This document shows, in pieces, positions 30,063 through 38,771 of a stretch of 64,000 nucleotides of DNA (position 1 is its first letter; every line of letters starts with the position of its first letter). The notes beneath the pieces were generated by a model, which had not been told where the DNA came from, did no database searches, and saw only the letters and a program-made list of their open reading frames with translations. Both the position numbers and the translations under genes were made by a program. The stretch is from Anaerolineales bacterium. Its GTDB lineage: Bacteria > Chloroflexota > Anaerolineae > Anaerolineales > Villigracilaceae. The stretch spans positions 89,490-153,489 of the forward strand of contig JAXLVU010000005.1 of the NCBI GenBank assembly GCA_046328855.1. Reading direction: 5' to 3'.

Positions 30063-31241
30063 ATGCTTAAAAATATTACATGGACGGTTATATCACGCTA
30101 TGGCGCACAAGGATTGGCGGTTGTTTCAAATATTCTTCTTGCTCGCTACCTTGGTGTGGAAGGCTTCGGAGAATATGCGCTTGCTTCAGCCGTTTTGTTG
30201 ATTGGGAATGCCTTTACGAATTTTGGCATGGATATGATACTCATCCGCAAGTTGTCTGTTACTGACATGCCATGGCTACTGACCGACGGTTTAGGTGGAC
30301 AATTATTCTTGTCATTGGTCTATAGTGGTACAGTGTTCTTTGTAGGGCAGTTCTTCGAGATACCTTTTGTAGTGAAGTTTTATACTCTGGCGCTCTTTCC
30401 GCTTTCGTTTTATTCGATCTTTACCATCGCAGTGCGTATCCGTGGGCAAATGGCAATCTATTCCATTGCACAGTTGTTGATGGCGGTCTTGCAGTTTTTT
30501 GCTGTGTCGGTGTTATGGATGGCGCAGGGAGATCTCGAATTTTTGATCTTCACTTTGCTGCTTGCCCATGTGCTGCTTGCCGTGTGGGCAGGTGGACATT
30601 ACAAGATACGTTTTGAATTCATTTCTTTGGTGCGGTCATTTGCCTTATTGAAAGAGTGTCTGCCTATGGCAGTGATTGGGACGTTACGTCTCGTATATGA
30701 GAAACTTCCTGTCGCCTTACTGCCGATCCTTTCAGGGTATGCGGGAACTGGTGTGTTCTCTGTCGCTTTGCGTGTGACAGATGCGGGCAAGTTGGGGCAT
30801 TTTTCTGCATTCACTGCTATGTACCCAGAAATGACGCGGGATGATAATTTTGGCAAACAGCAAAAAGGCTTAACTCCACTGTTGGCATTTGCCTTCGTGA
30901 TTTCTGGGGTACTCATTGTCTTTGCTGAGCCTTTGGTGCGCATTTTATTTGGCAACAAGTTTTCAGATTCTGCGCTTGCCTTACGGGTGCTGGTGTGGAG
31001 CATCCTACCGTATGTGATGGTGACATACACCTCACTTGGGCTGGTCGCATTGGGATATGAGAAACCGGTCTTGCATTCTCTATTACTTGCGTTGCTTGCC
31101 CTGGTATTGTCACTGTCTGTCTTGACCGTTCAATTTGGCGGAGTGGGTTCTGCTCTGGCGGTTTTGTACGCTGAGATTTTTCATGCCGCGTTATTATGGC
31201 TCCAATGGAGAAAGCATGTCCTTTCCAAACTTCCCGGATAA
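30063..31241 (+). CDS. Wzx-like oligosaccharide flippase
   Basis: LARYLGVEGFGEY, FGMD, multiple TM helices. Confidence 0.85.
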   Translation: MLKNITWTVISRYGAQGLAVVSNILLARYLGVEGFGEYALASAVLLIGNAFTNFGMDMILIRKLSVTDMPWLLTDGLGGQLFLSLVYSGTVFFVGQFFEIPFVVKFYTLALFPLSFYSIFTIAVRIRGQMAIYSIAQLLMAVLQFFAVSVLWMAQGDLEFLIFTLLLAHVLLAVWAGGHYKIRFEFISLVRSFALLKECLPMAVIGTLRLVYEKLPVALLPILSGYAGTGVFSVALRVTDAGKLGHFSAFTAMYPEMTRDDNFGKQQKGLTPLLAFAFVISGVLIVFAEPLVRILFGNKFSDSALALRVLVWSILPYVMVTYTSLGLVALGYEKPVLHSLLLALLALVLSLSVLTVQFGGVGSALAVLYAEIFHAALLWLQWRKHVLSKLPG

Positions 31242-31986
31242 GTATCGTGGACTTCCGGTGATGCGACCGGAAGATACCATTGCCATGCGCAAACGTTTTG
31301 GAAAATTCCCAAAGGTGGATGTACCTGAAGGATTAATTCTCTGCCTTAAGAATGATCTTCCCACCCAATTACGTTGGAAGATACCAGTTCGAAAAGCTGG
31401 CAAGGTGATGGGAGACTTTTACTTGGTCAAGGCAACACGTGGACGGGTGGGTGTGCTGTCTAATTTTGGGATTGGGGCACCGGTTGTGGCTTCATTGACC
31501 GAAGAAATGATTGCTTGGGGAGTGAAACGGTTCGTAATCCTTTCGTGGGGTGGAGCGTTACAAACATATCTCGACACAGCTGATATTGTTTTAACTGACA
31601 GGGCAATTCGCGATGAAGGAGTGTCTCAGCATTATTTACTGGCTGAAAAGTTTGTAAATGCTAATGGTTTCCTCAACGAAAAACTAAAGAAGCATTTACC
31701 AGACGGCTTTGTGACCGGGGCAACATGGACAACTGATGCTCCATATCGAGAGACACGGGAAGAGGTACAACATTACCAGACGGAAGGTGTGCAAGTAGTG
31801 GAAATGGAGATAGCTAGTCTGTTTGCTGTGGCGCAGGTACGGGGTGTGGAAGCGGCGGCTGTGGTGATAGTGGCGGATAGGCTGGCGAACTTGGAATGGG
31901 AGATACCAAGGGACATGAAAGCCATTAATCACTCTTTTGAAAGCGCATATCGTGCTGCCATTATGGCATTGAACGAGGATGCATGA
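31216..31986 (+). CDS. Nucleoside phosphorylase (PNP/UDP family)
   Basis: GIGAP, AIRDEGVS, WTTDAPYRET, VEME; GGAG RBS before 31216. Confidence 0.9.
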   Translation: MSFPNFPDKYRGLPVMRPEDTIAMRKRFGKFPKVDVPEGLILCLKNDLPTQLRWKIPVRKAGKVMGDFYLVKATRGRVGVLSNFGIGAPVVASLTEEMIAWGVKRFVILSWGGALQTYLDTADIVLTDRAIRDEGVSQHYLLAEKFVNANGFLNEKLKKHLPDGFVTGATWTTDAPYRETREEVQHYQTEGVQVVEMEIASLFAVAQVRGVEAAAVVIVADRLANLEWEIPRDMKAINHSFESAYRAAIMALNEDA

Positions 31987-32867
31987 ATTTCGTTTGTCCA
32001 CGTTGTAAGGGTGAGTTGACGTTTGAAGCGCCAGACCAGCTTCAATGTGAGAAAGAGGCGCTGACTTTTCGTCAAGTAAATGGTGTTTGGCAATTTCTGC
32101 TTCCTGAACGCGAGGCACATTTTTCCCGATTTGTTGAAGAGTATGAAAAAGTTCGTCATTTTGAAGGGCGATTTTCGGCAGATGCGGAATATTATCGAGC
32201 ATTGCCTTTTCAAGACTTAAGCGGACGTTTTTCTTCTGATTGGAAAATTCGTGCTGCGAGTTTTCAAGTGTTGAAAAAGTTGTTATCACAACCATCTGCT
32301 ATTGTGGATTTGGGCGCGGGCAATGGCTGGCTTTCAAATCAGTTGGCGGAATCTGGACATGATGTTTTTGCGGTCGATCTGTTGACGAACTCTGAAGATG
32401 GTTTAGGAGTTCGGCGATATTATGAGACCAGTTTTACCTCTGTTCAGGCAGAGTTTTTATTTTTGCCATTTTCTAAATGTTTTGCAGATTTTGTAATCTT
32501 CAATGCATCATTTCATTATGCCGAAAGCTATGAAAAGGTCTTATTAGAAGGTTTCCGAATCATTAAGCCAGATGGAGCGATAGTAATTATGGATTCTCCA
32601 ATCTATCACGAGGAGGCTTCTGGGCGAGCTATGATGGATGAGCGCAAGGCGCAATTTTTGTCTCGGTATGGGTTTGCATCAGATACTATTCGGAGTGAAG
32701 GTTTTTTGACCTATGAACGTATGAAATCTTTAGGAAAATCGCTCGGCATAAAATGGCAACATATAGTTCCCAATTACGGGTGGAAATGGAGGCTTCGCCC
32801 GCTGATGGCTCGCTTACGGGCGAAACGGGAACCTGCTCAATTTGGTTTGTGGCTGGGCAAGCGCTGA
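31983..32867 (+). CDS. Class I SAM methyltransferase with N-terminal Trm112-like Cys motif
   Basis: FVCPRC, VDLGAGNG, FNASFHY. Confidence 0.88.
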   Translation: MNFVCPRCKGELTFEAPDQLQCEKEALTFRQVNGVWQFLLPEREAHFSRFVEEYEKVRHFEGRFSADAEYYRALPFQDLSGRFSSDWKIRAASFQVLKKLLSQPSAIVDLGAGNGWLSNQLAESGHDVFAVDLLTNSEDGLGVRRYYETSFTSVQAEFLFLPFSKCFADFVIFNASFHYAESYEKVLLEGFRIIKPDGAIVIMDSPIYHEEASGRAMMDERKAQFLSRYGFASDTIRSEGFLTYERMKSLGKSLGIKWQHIVPNYGWKWRLRPLMARLRAKREPAQFGLWLGKR

Positions 32868-32959
32868 AACTTACTTAATGTTTCTGCGTATATGAAGAGG
32901 CTTTCAAAATTGCTTGAAACGGTATACACTAATTTCAAGAGTAACACAGGAGAATTTTT

Positions 32960-33487
32960 ATGAATAAGACTGGTCGTTCTCAACTTGCTTTGGGCATTAT
33001 CTTGATCCTGATCGGCGGTTGGTTCTTGTTGAACCAAACCATGCCCGACTTTAGGAATTTCTTTGAGCCATATACTCAATGGCCCGTCAATATGTTATTG
33101 ATTGGTGCGGGTATTTTGGTGATAGGTCTGGTCACCGGCTCGCCCGGACTTGCTGTTCCGGCTGCAATAGTGGCTGGTATTGGTGGAATTTTCTATTACC
33201 AGGAAACAACAGGGAATTATGACTCGTGGTCTTACATGTGGGCGTTAATCCCCGGCTTTATCGGCGTGGGCACCATCCTTCAAGGGTTGCTTGGCGAGAA
33301 TACAGGTCACAACTTGAAGCGCGGCTTGAATCTGATGGTGGTCAGCGCTGTATTATTCCTGGTCTTTGCTGCTTTTCTTGGCGGATGGAATATTCTTGGC
33401 GAGTTTGGTCCGGCTGTATTGTTGATCTTGCTGGGCTTATGGGTTTTGGGGAGCGGGTTATACCGTTCGTATCGCAAGAAGGAATAA
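32960..33487 (+). CDS. Membrane protein, LiaF/LiaI-like TM repeats
   Basis: Six Gly-rich TM segments, WP..LI.G pattern. Confidence 0.65.
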   Translation: MNKTGRSQLALGIILILIGGWFLLNQTMPDFRNFFEPYTQWPVNMLLIGAGILVIGLVTGSPGLAVPAAIVAGIGGIFYYQETTGNYDSWSYMWALIPGFIGVGTILQGLLGENTGHNLKRGLNLMVVSAVLFLVFAAFLGGWNILGEFGPAVLLILLGLWVLGSGLYRSYRKKE

Positions 33488-33491
33488 TAAA

Positions 33492-34277
33492 ATGAACCGA
33501 AATTCTTTGTTTTGGGGAACCGTTCTGCTGCTGGTTGGCGGATTGATGCTCGCCGGAGAGATGGGAATTCGCCTCCCGAACGGAAACTCCTTATTGGGTT
33601 TGTTCTGGCCCATTTTCCTCATTGGGTTTGGTGTTTGGGTTTTGCTAAGTGTGTTCATGCGCAAAAATGTTGAGGTCGAACCTGCTAGTGTTGACCTGCA
33701 AAATGCACGTTCTGCAAAAGTGCGCATTAATCATGGCGCGGGCGAATTCCGTTTGCATAGTGGCGCATCAGGAAATCAACTTCTGCAAGGTACATTTGCT
33801 GGCGGGTTGAGTCACACCTCAGACTTAAGTGGCGATGTGCTTAATGTAAAGTTGCAACCTTCAGAAAACCATATCATGTTTCCGCCATTTGGCTGGAAAG
33901 AGCAATTTGATTGGGATATGTCCTTTAATGCTTCTGTACCTTTGGCATTGAACCTAAACTTGGGTGCAAACAAGGCAGATATTAACTTGCGGGATATGAC
34001 AGTTACAGATATTCAGCTGAAATCTGGCGCAAGTGAAACAGTAATCACCGTGCCATCTACTGGGCGCCTCTCTCTGGACTGTGAAATTGGTGCTGCATCT
34101 TTGACCGTTATCGTCCCTGACGGCGTTGCTATCCGTGCACGCGCAACCATGGGCGCTGGTGATTTTAAAGTAGACCGATCTCGCTTCCCAAGCGACGAAT
34201 CGCCAGATTTTGCTTCTGCCCCCAATGCAGTGGATATCCACGTCAAAGGCGGAGCCGCATCTGTTAGGGTTAAGTAG
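33492..34277 (+). CDS. LiaF-like protein: 2 TM plus beta-repeat (toast-rack-like) domain
   Basis: FWPIFLIGFG followed by GA-x repeats (HGAGE, LGAN, SGASE, IGAAS, MGAGD). Confidence 0.7.
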   Translation: MNRNSLFWGTVLLLVGGLMLAGEMGIRLPNGNSLLGLFWPIFLIGFGVWVLLSVFMRKNVEVEPASVDLQNARSAKVRINHGAGEFRLHSGASGNQLLQGTFAGGLSHTSDLSGDVLNVKLQPSENHIMFPPFGWKEQFDWDMSFNASVPLALNLNLGANKADINLRDMTVTDIQLKSGASETVITVPSTGRLSLDCEIGAASLTVIVPDGVAIRARATMGAGDFKVDRSRFPSDESPDFASAPNAVDIHVKGGAASVRVK

Positions 34278-34285
34278 GAGATTTC

Positions 34286-35056
34286 ATGATGATGAAACGT
34301 TTTGATCCACGCATTGTTTTAGGCATATTGCTCATCTTGGGCGGCGGACTTGCCCTTGCTCAAACGATGGGATATTTGCAAAATGCCACAGACTATTTCT
34401 GGGGTGGTGTCTTTATGGTCGGAGGTTTGGCATTCCTTTCCTTACTATTCAGTGATAACTGGTGGGCGGCTTTCCCTGGCTTTACCCTCTTGGCTTTAGG
34501 GACGCTGATTCTTCTGCCTGAATCGTTAGATGATATTGGCGGAGCCATCTTCTTAGGAGGAATTGCCATTTCATTTTGGTATGTCTACTTTACTGACCGA
34601 CAAGGACGGTGGTGGGCGATCATCCCCGGTGGTGTATTAACCGCACTCTCCCTGTTAATTCTTGCTTCTTCCTATTTTGAAGAATATTCAGGTGCTATTG
34701 TCTTAGGCGGAATTGGTCTGACTTTCTTTGTCGTTTACCTGACCAGCCCCCAAGAACGCTGGTGGGCGCTTATTCCCGGTGGTGTTTTGGCAACCTTGGC
34801 TGGTATGACGATTGCTGCTGAGCGTTTTGGCGAATTCCAAACTGCGGGCTTTTTCTTCCTCGGGCTTGCATTTACCTTCTTGCTTGTTGCTTTGCTGGCA
34901 GGCATGAAATGGGCATACTGGCCTGCGTTGGGGCTAGGTGTTATGGGGCTACTAGGACTTGGCTCGCTTTTGCAGTTTGCTAATTACCTTTGGGCAGTCG
35001 TATTGATCCTTGTGGGCGGTTTTCTTGTCGTTCGCAACTTCATCCGAAATTCCTAA
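34286..35056 (+). CDS. Multi-TM protein with internal WWA(I/L)IPG repeats
   Basis: WWAAFPG, WWAIIPGG, WWALIPGG, WAYWPA at ~50-aa spacing. Confidence 0.8.
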   Translation: MMMKRFDPRIVLGILLILGGGLALAQTMGYLQNATDYFWGGVFMVGGLAFLSLLFSDNWWAAFPGFTLLALGTLILLPESLDDIGGAIFLGGIAISFWYVYFTDRQGRWWAIIPGGVLTALSLLILASSYFEEYSGAIVLGGIGLTFFVVYLTSPQERWWALIPGGVLATLAGMTIAAERFGEFQTAGFFFLGLAFTFLLVALLAGMKWAYWPALGLGVMGLLGLGSLLQFANYLWAVVLILVGGFLVVRNFIRNS

Positions 35057-35070
35057 ATTCTAAAAGAATC

Positions 35071-35103
35071 AAAAAGCCCTCGCAATTTGCGAGGGCTTTT
35101 TTT
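35071..35103. terminator. Bidirectional terminator
   Basis: AAAAAGCCCTCGCAA-t-TTGCGAGGGCTTTTT. Confidence 0.88.
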
Positions 35104-35347
35104 AGTTGCTGGCTAGTACATGAATTTCTGGGAAGAACTGATGGACTGTTCCTTCCACCCAGCCATGTAAGGTGGATGGAAGCAAGGGACAATTCAAACA
35201 AGCCCCTCCCAAATGAATCTTTAGATCATCTCCCGTGAGAGAGACAAACTCCACAGTGCCACCGTGAAATTGCTCTATATAGGCGCTCAGGTTTTCCAAA
35301 AGTTGGCGCACCTGGCTTTCACGAATAGCTGATGTAGAAACAGACAT
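35102..35347 (-). CDS. Nfu/NifU C-terminal-domain Fe-S carrier
   Basis: HGGTVEFV, LGGACLNCP. Confidence 0.88.
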   Translation of the reverse strand: MSVSTSAIRESQVRQLLENLSAYIEQFHGGTVEFVSLTGDDLKIHLGGACLNCPLLPSTLHGWVEGTVHQFFPEIHVLASN

Positions 35348-35349
35348 AG

Positions 35350-35805
35350 TTAATTCCTTTCTTCGTGAACAAGTGGCTTGATCTGTTCGTGGGCATTTTT
35401 CCAACGAGGAGAAACGTTTAATGCCAATCGATCTATGATAATCTTTCCTGTTTCTGGAGCTTGCGTAAGAAGGTTTTGCAGCAATTCACGATGGATACGA
35501 ATTGTTTCTAGGCTTGTTTCGCTGGCAACACTTGAAGAATATTTTTTCCCCCCAACCACAGCAGACCACCCAAACACATCTCCATCTTTTAGACGCGAAA
35601 GCACAATGCGTGGACCATCATAAGGCTTATAGCTAATGACAGCTTTACCCCTTAAAATTAGGTATAAATATTTGGCAATATCGCCTTGTTCAAAGATAAC
35701 CGTCCCTGGAGAACACGCAAATTTCTCAAACACCGACATTAAAGTAAACCTTTGTTCGGGGTTGAGATTTTCAAATAACGGGATTCCTGGCAGGTTATCT
35801 AACAT
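35350..35805 (-). CDS. Stand-alone cNMP-binding-domain protein
   Basis: IPLF, IFEQGD, LYLILRG, GDVFGWSA; no HTH. Confidence 0.85.
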   Translation of the reverse strand: MLDNLPGIPLFENLNPEQRFTLMSVFEKFACSPGTVIFEQGDIAKYLYLILRGKAVISYKPYDGPRIVLSRLKDGDVFGWSAVVGGKKYSSSVASETSLETIRIHRELLQNLLTQAPETGKIIIDRLALNVSPRWKNAHEQIKPLVHEERN

Positions 35806-35958
35806 TTGAAATCATGTTACTCATTGTATAAACAGCCTGCCAGTATCATCCTTCCTAAAGAGGATGACATTCATCCTGTTTTATGTTGTGATATTTTCCC
35901 TTAGTGTATACTTTGTGAAAATGGTAATTTTTACTCGTGCTATACCCTCAGAATTTTG

Positions 35959-36162
35959 ATGAAAAAAACAGAAAACCTTTCGTCTTTTGAAAAACTATTG
36001 CTTGGATTAGAAAAGCCAGAAATTCTCGAAGTGGATGCTCCGCTTCGAAAAGGTTCAGTTTGCCCAAATTGTAATGAAGGACAGCTTGATTACAATGGCA
36101 TGCTTCAATTGGAATGTCCCTCTTGTGGCTTTGTTAACGGGGAAGGTGGAGGGTGCACCTGA
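35959..36162 (+). CDS. Small zinc-ribbon protein
   Basis: CPNC...CPSC; stop overlaps the next start (TGATG). Confidence 0.7.
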   Translation: MKKTENLSSFEKLLLGLEKPEILEVDAPLRKGSVCPNCNEGQLDYNGMLQLECPSCGFVNGEGGGCT

Positions 36163-36788
36163 TGACTGAAATAAACTCCCGTGAGGAGACCAACAATTTG
36201 GATCTTATGGAACAAGAAGTACCTGCAAACACAACCCCTCTTGGGCGTATTATGGCATTGGTGATGATCGGGTTTGGTTTCCTCGCGCTAGGAATCGCCT
36301 TTTTGTTATTGAAAAGTCAGGATGAAGTTTCTACCGGCTCTTCCATCGACTTTTCAACGGTGCCTGCAAAAGTAGATTTCCCTGCCCCAGACCTGAGTTT
36401 TATTGACTTAGGCACCGACCCTGTGTCTCTTTCGGATTATCGCGGAAGTGTTGTGTTGGTAAATCTATGGGCAACATGGTGCCCGCCTTGCCGTGAAGAG
36501 ATGCCAACCTTGCAGGCGTTTTATGAAAAATATAAATCAGAAGGCTTTGTTTTAATCGCTATCGATCAAGGTGAGACGTTACCCCAAGTGTTACCTTTTG
36601 TGAAAGAAATCAAATTGTCTTTCCCCATATGGTTAGACTACAGTAGTGAAGCTGGACGCGCATTTGAAACAATGAATCTCCCTAGTTCTTATGTTATTGA
36701 TCGTAATGGGCAGGTTCGTTTAATGTGGATTGGGGGCATTTCAAAAAAGAATCTAGAAAAATATGTTCCTGATGTGATTGAGGAGTAA
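36162..36788 (+). CDS. TlpA/ResA-family membrane-anchored thiol-disulfide oxidoreductase
   Basis: TM anchor, NLWATWCPPCREEMP. Confidence 0.92.
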   Translation: MTEINSREETNNLDLMEQEVPANTTPLGRIMALVMIGFGFLALGIAFLLLKSQDEVSTGSSIDFSTVPAKVDFPAPDLSFIDLGTDPVSLSDYRGSVVLVNLWATWCPPCREEMPTLQAFYEKYKSEGFVLIAIDQGETLPQVLPFVKEIKLSFPIWLDYSSEAGRAFETMNLPSSYVIDRNGQVRLMWIGGISKKNLEKYVPDVIEE

Positions 36789-36795
36789 AAATAAA

Positions 36796-37266
36796 ATGGA
36801 TGTGATATTGAATTGGCAAGGGAAAATGGTATTTGAAGGGGCGGGACCTTCTGGTTTTACACAACGTTTAGACTCAGATGTTTCTGCTGGAGGAGATAAT
36901 AGTGGCGCACGCCCTATGGAAATGATTGCAATTGGATTGGCTGGTTGTACCGCCATGGATGTCATCTCGATACTTTCAAAGAAACAACAACAAGTAACAG
37001 ATTTTCAAATTAAATTTCATGCAGAACGTGCCAGTGAGCATCCCAAAGTCTTCACAGAATCAGTGATTGAATATCAGGTTTATGGTACGAACATAGATGA
37101 AAAGGCTCTAGTACGTGCTATTGAGCTTTCGGCAGAAAAATATTGTCCTGCCCAAGCTATGCTCTCCAAAGCATTTCCGATTCGATTAATATACAAAATA
37201 TTTGATGCAGAGACAAAATCATTGTTGCAGGAAGGCGAGTATCAGCCAAAACAAAAGGTCGCGTAA
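36796..37266 (+). CDS. OsmC/YhfA-family protein
   Basis: RPME..GLAGCTAMDV, LSAEKYCP. Confidence 0.9.
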   Translation: MDVILNWQGKMVFEGAGPSGFTQRLDSDVSAGGDNSGARPMEMIAIGLAGCTAMDVISILSKKQQQVTDFQIKFHAERASEHPKVFTESVIEYQVYGTNIDEKALVRAIELSAEKYCPAQAMLSKAFPIRLIYKIFDAETKSLLQEGEYQPKQKVA

Positions 37267-37279
37267 TGCGACCTTTTGT
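37251..37279. terminator. Bidirectional terminator
   Basis: ACAAAAGGTCGC / GCGACCTTTTGT. Confidence 0.8.
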
Positions 37280-37280
37280 T

Positions 37281-38771
37281 TTACGGGTAATTTGCACTGA
37301 TGGCGGTGTAAGCATCACCGCATACACAGGCTGTGACAGTTAATCCGCCTTTGGTGAGGGTACCTTCATAGGCTTCTGTGCCACTGTGTGGCACCCAGCC
37401 ACTAATTACAAAGGGCAATGCACTATCAGCGGGAATCCACTCGCCGTTGTATTTTCTGGCAATATGAACATGTGTCCCGGTAGAGCGACCGCCCTCACAA
37501 GAGGGGTACCCGATCATATCACCTGCTTTCAAGTCTGCGCCGAGAGTTGCACGTTGATCTGTGGCAAGGTGTAAATAGAAAATTACCCAACCTGTGCGTT
37601 CATCGCCATCACGGTCGAGGTCAAGAGCTAAGCCATCTTGCGCAGACCGAACGACCAACCCGTCGGCAACAGCGGTGGCAAAGTTCTCAGGCTTTGCAGG
37701 CACACAGCCCGATTGTTCGGCAGGAGGCGCGAAGTCTAACGCTGCAAATGGAAAGCCTGTGCCCCAACCAGTATGGGGTCCGCCTGTGAAACTCCAGGTT
37801 TGATCTCCGGGGAAAGGCAGGGAAAGTTCTGGCTGAACTAAGCTTCCGGGAATTAGGTCGAAGTGATTCTCCCAAGGGTCGCCAAAGAAAGTGGAATATG
37901 TTTTATAAAGCCCATCGGGTCCAATCGCTCGGTTGTACTCGTCGCCCGTGAACATGCGTGAATAATAGTATTGAAGTGCAACCGAACCTGGGTTTTGCCA
38001 CGGGTCTGGGCGAATGAGAATAGCGTTGTCATCTTCAAACTCAAGTAGAGTGCCAGTACGCCAACCATAATAGCCGTTGTTGAGTGTGTTAGCGGCAAGC
38101 ACAAGTTGTAGATATGGCGAATCCCAAAAGGGACGCCTAAGCCCAAGTAGGTTTTTGCTGACCGGTGGAGCCGGTTGGGTTAGAGCTCCGCCTTGATATT
38201 CAAGGATTGCTAATAACAATTTAGGGCTAATGCTATAGTTGATCGCTGCATAGTCTACAAGTGCTGCGCCAGTTTTCCACTCGCCGCCGACATAGGCACG
38301 GTAGGTGGAAAGCCAGCCCGTTTGAGTTGAGAGAAATGCGGCTGTATTGAAGCCAATGTTTGTCGGACTGTTTATAAAGGCATGATCTGGAATGATCTGA
38401 AATGCGCTGCCCCAAAGCGCACGATAATAGATTGGGATCTTCATTGGCATGCCTTGCGGCATAGTGGTTGCATCGCGGGGGATAAATGAATTCGCTTCCA
38501 GAATTTCATCTACACTGGTGTTGAAGCGCAAAGCAAGAGATGGGAGCGTATCTCCAGTTTGAGCAATATAGTCTACTAATTCGCCAGGCGCATAAGGACG
38601 ACGAGTTGGGAAGGGCGTCAGTAGCGATGGCGATTGTGCCACTGCATTGTTGGGGAGTGGAGTAGAGGCAGTCGTTTGATTATTGGGCAGAGATGAGCAG
38701 GACGAAAGATATATAGCTGTTATTAGAATAACAGCCTGGATTTTTTTAATTGTTTTAGTTATCTTCTTCAT
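37281..38771 (-). CDS. LysM + M23 (LasA-like) metallopeptidase lipoprotein, paralog 3
   Basis: Lipobox LSSC, LysM (YIAQTGDTLPSLALRF), H-x12-D, CEGGRSTGTHVH. Confidence 0.85.
   Translation of the reverse strand: MKKITKTIKKIQAVILITAIYLSSCSSLPNNQTTASTPLPNNAVAQSPSLLTPFPTRRPYAPGELVDYIAQTGDTLPSLALRFNTSVDEILEANSFIPRDATTMPQGMPMKIPIYYRALWGSAFQIIPDHAFINSPTNIGFNTAAFLSTQTGWLSTYRAYVGGEWKTGAALVDYAAINYSISPKLLLAILEYQGGALTQPAPPVSKNLLGLRRPFWDSPYLQLVLAANTLNNGYYGWRTGTLLEFEDDNAILIRPDPWQNPGSVALQYYYSRMFTGDEYNRAIGPDGLYKTYSTFFGDPWENHFDLIPGSLVQPELSLPFPGDQTWSFTGGPHTGWGTGFPFAALDFAPPAEQSGCVPAKPENFATAVADGLVVRSAQDGLALDLDRDGDERTGWVIFYLHLATDQRATLGADLKAGDMIGYPSCEGGRSTGTHVHIARKYNGEWIPADSALPFVISGWVPHSGTEAYEGTLTKGGLTVTACVCGDAYTAISANYP

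Noticed and set aside
26256-31986. Hopanoid biosynthesis (hpn) cluster
   Set aside because: No squalene-hopene cyclase, HpnH or squalene synthases in the window; ligase and flippase point to glycan export; kept only as an analogy
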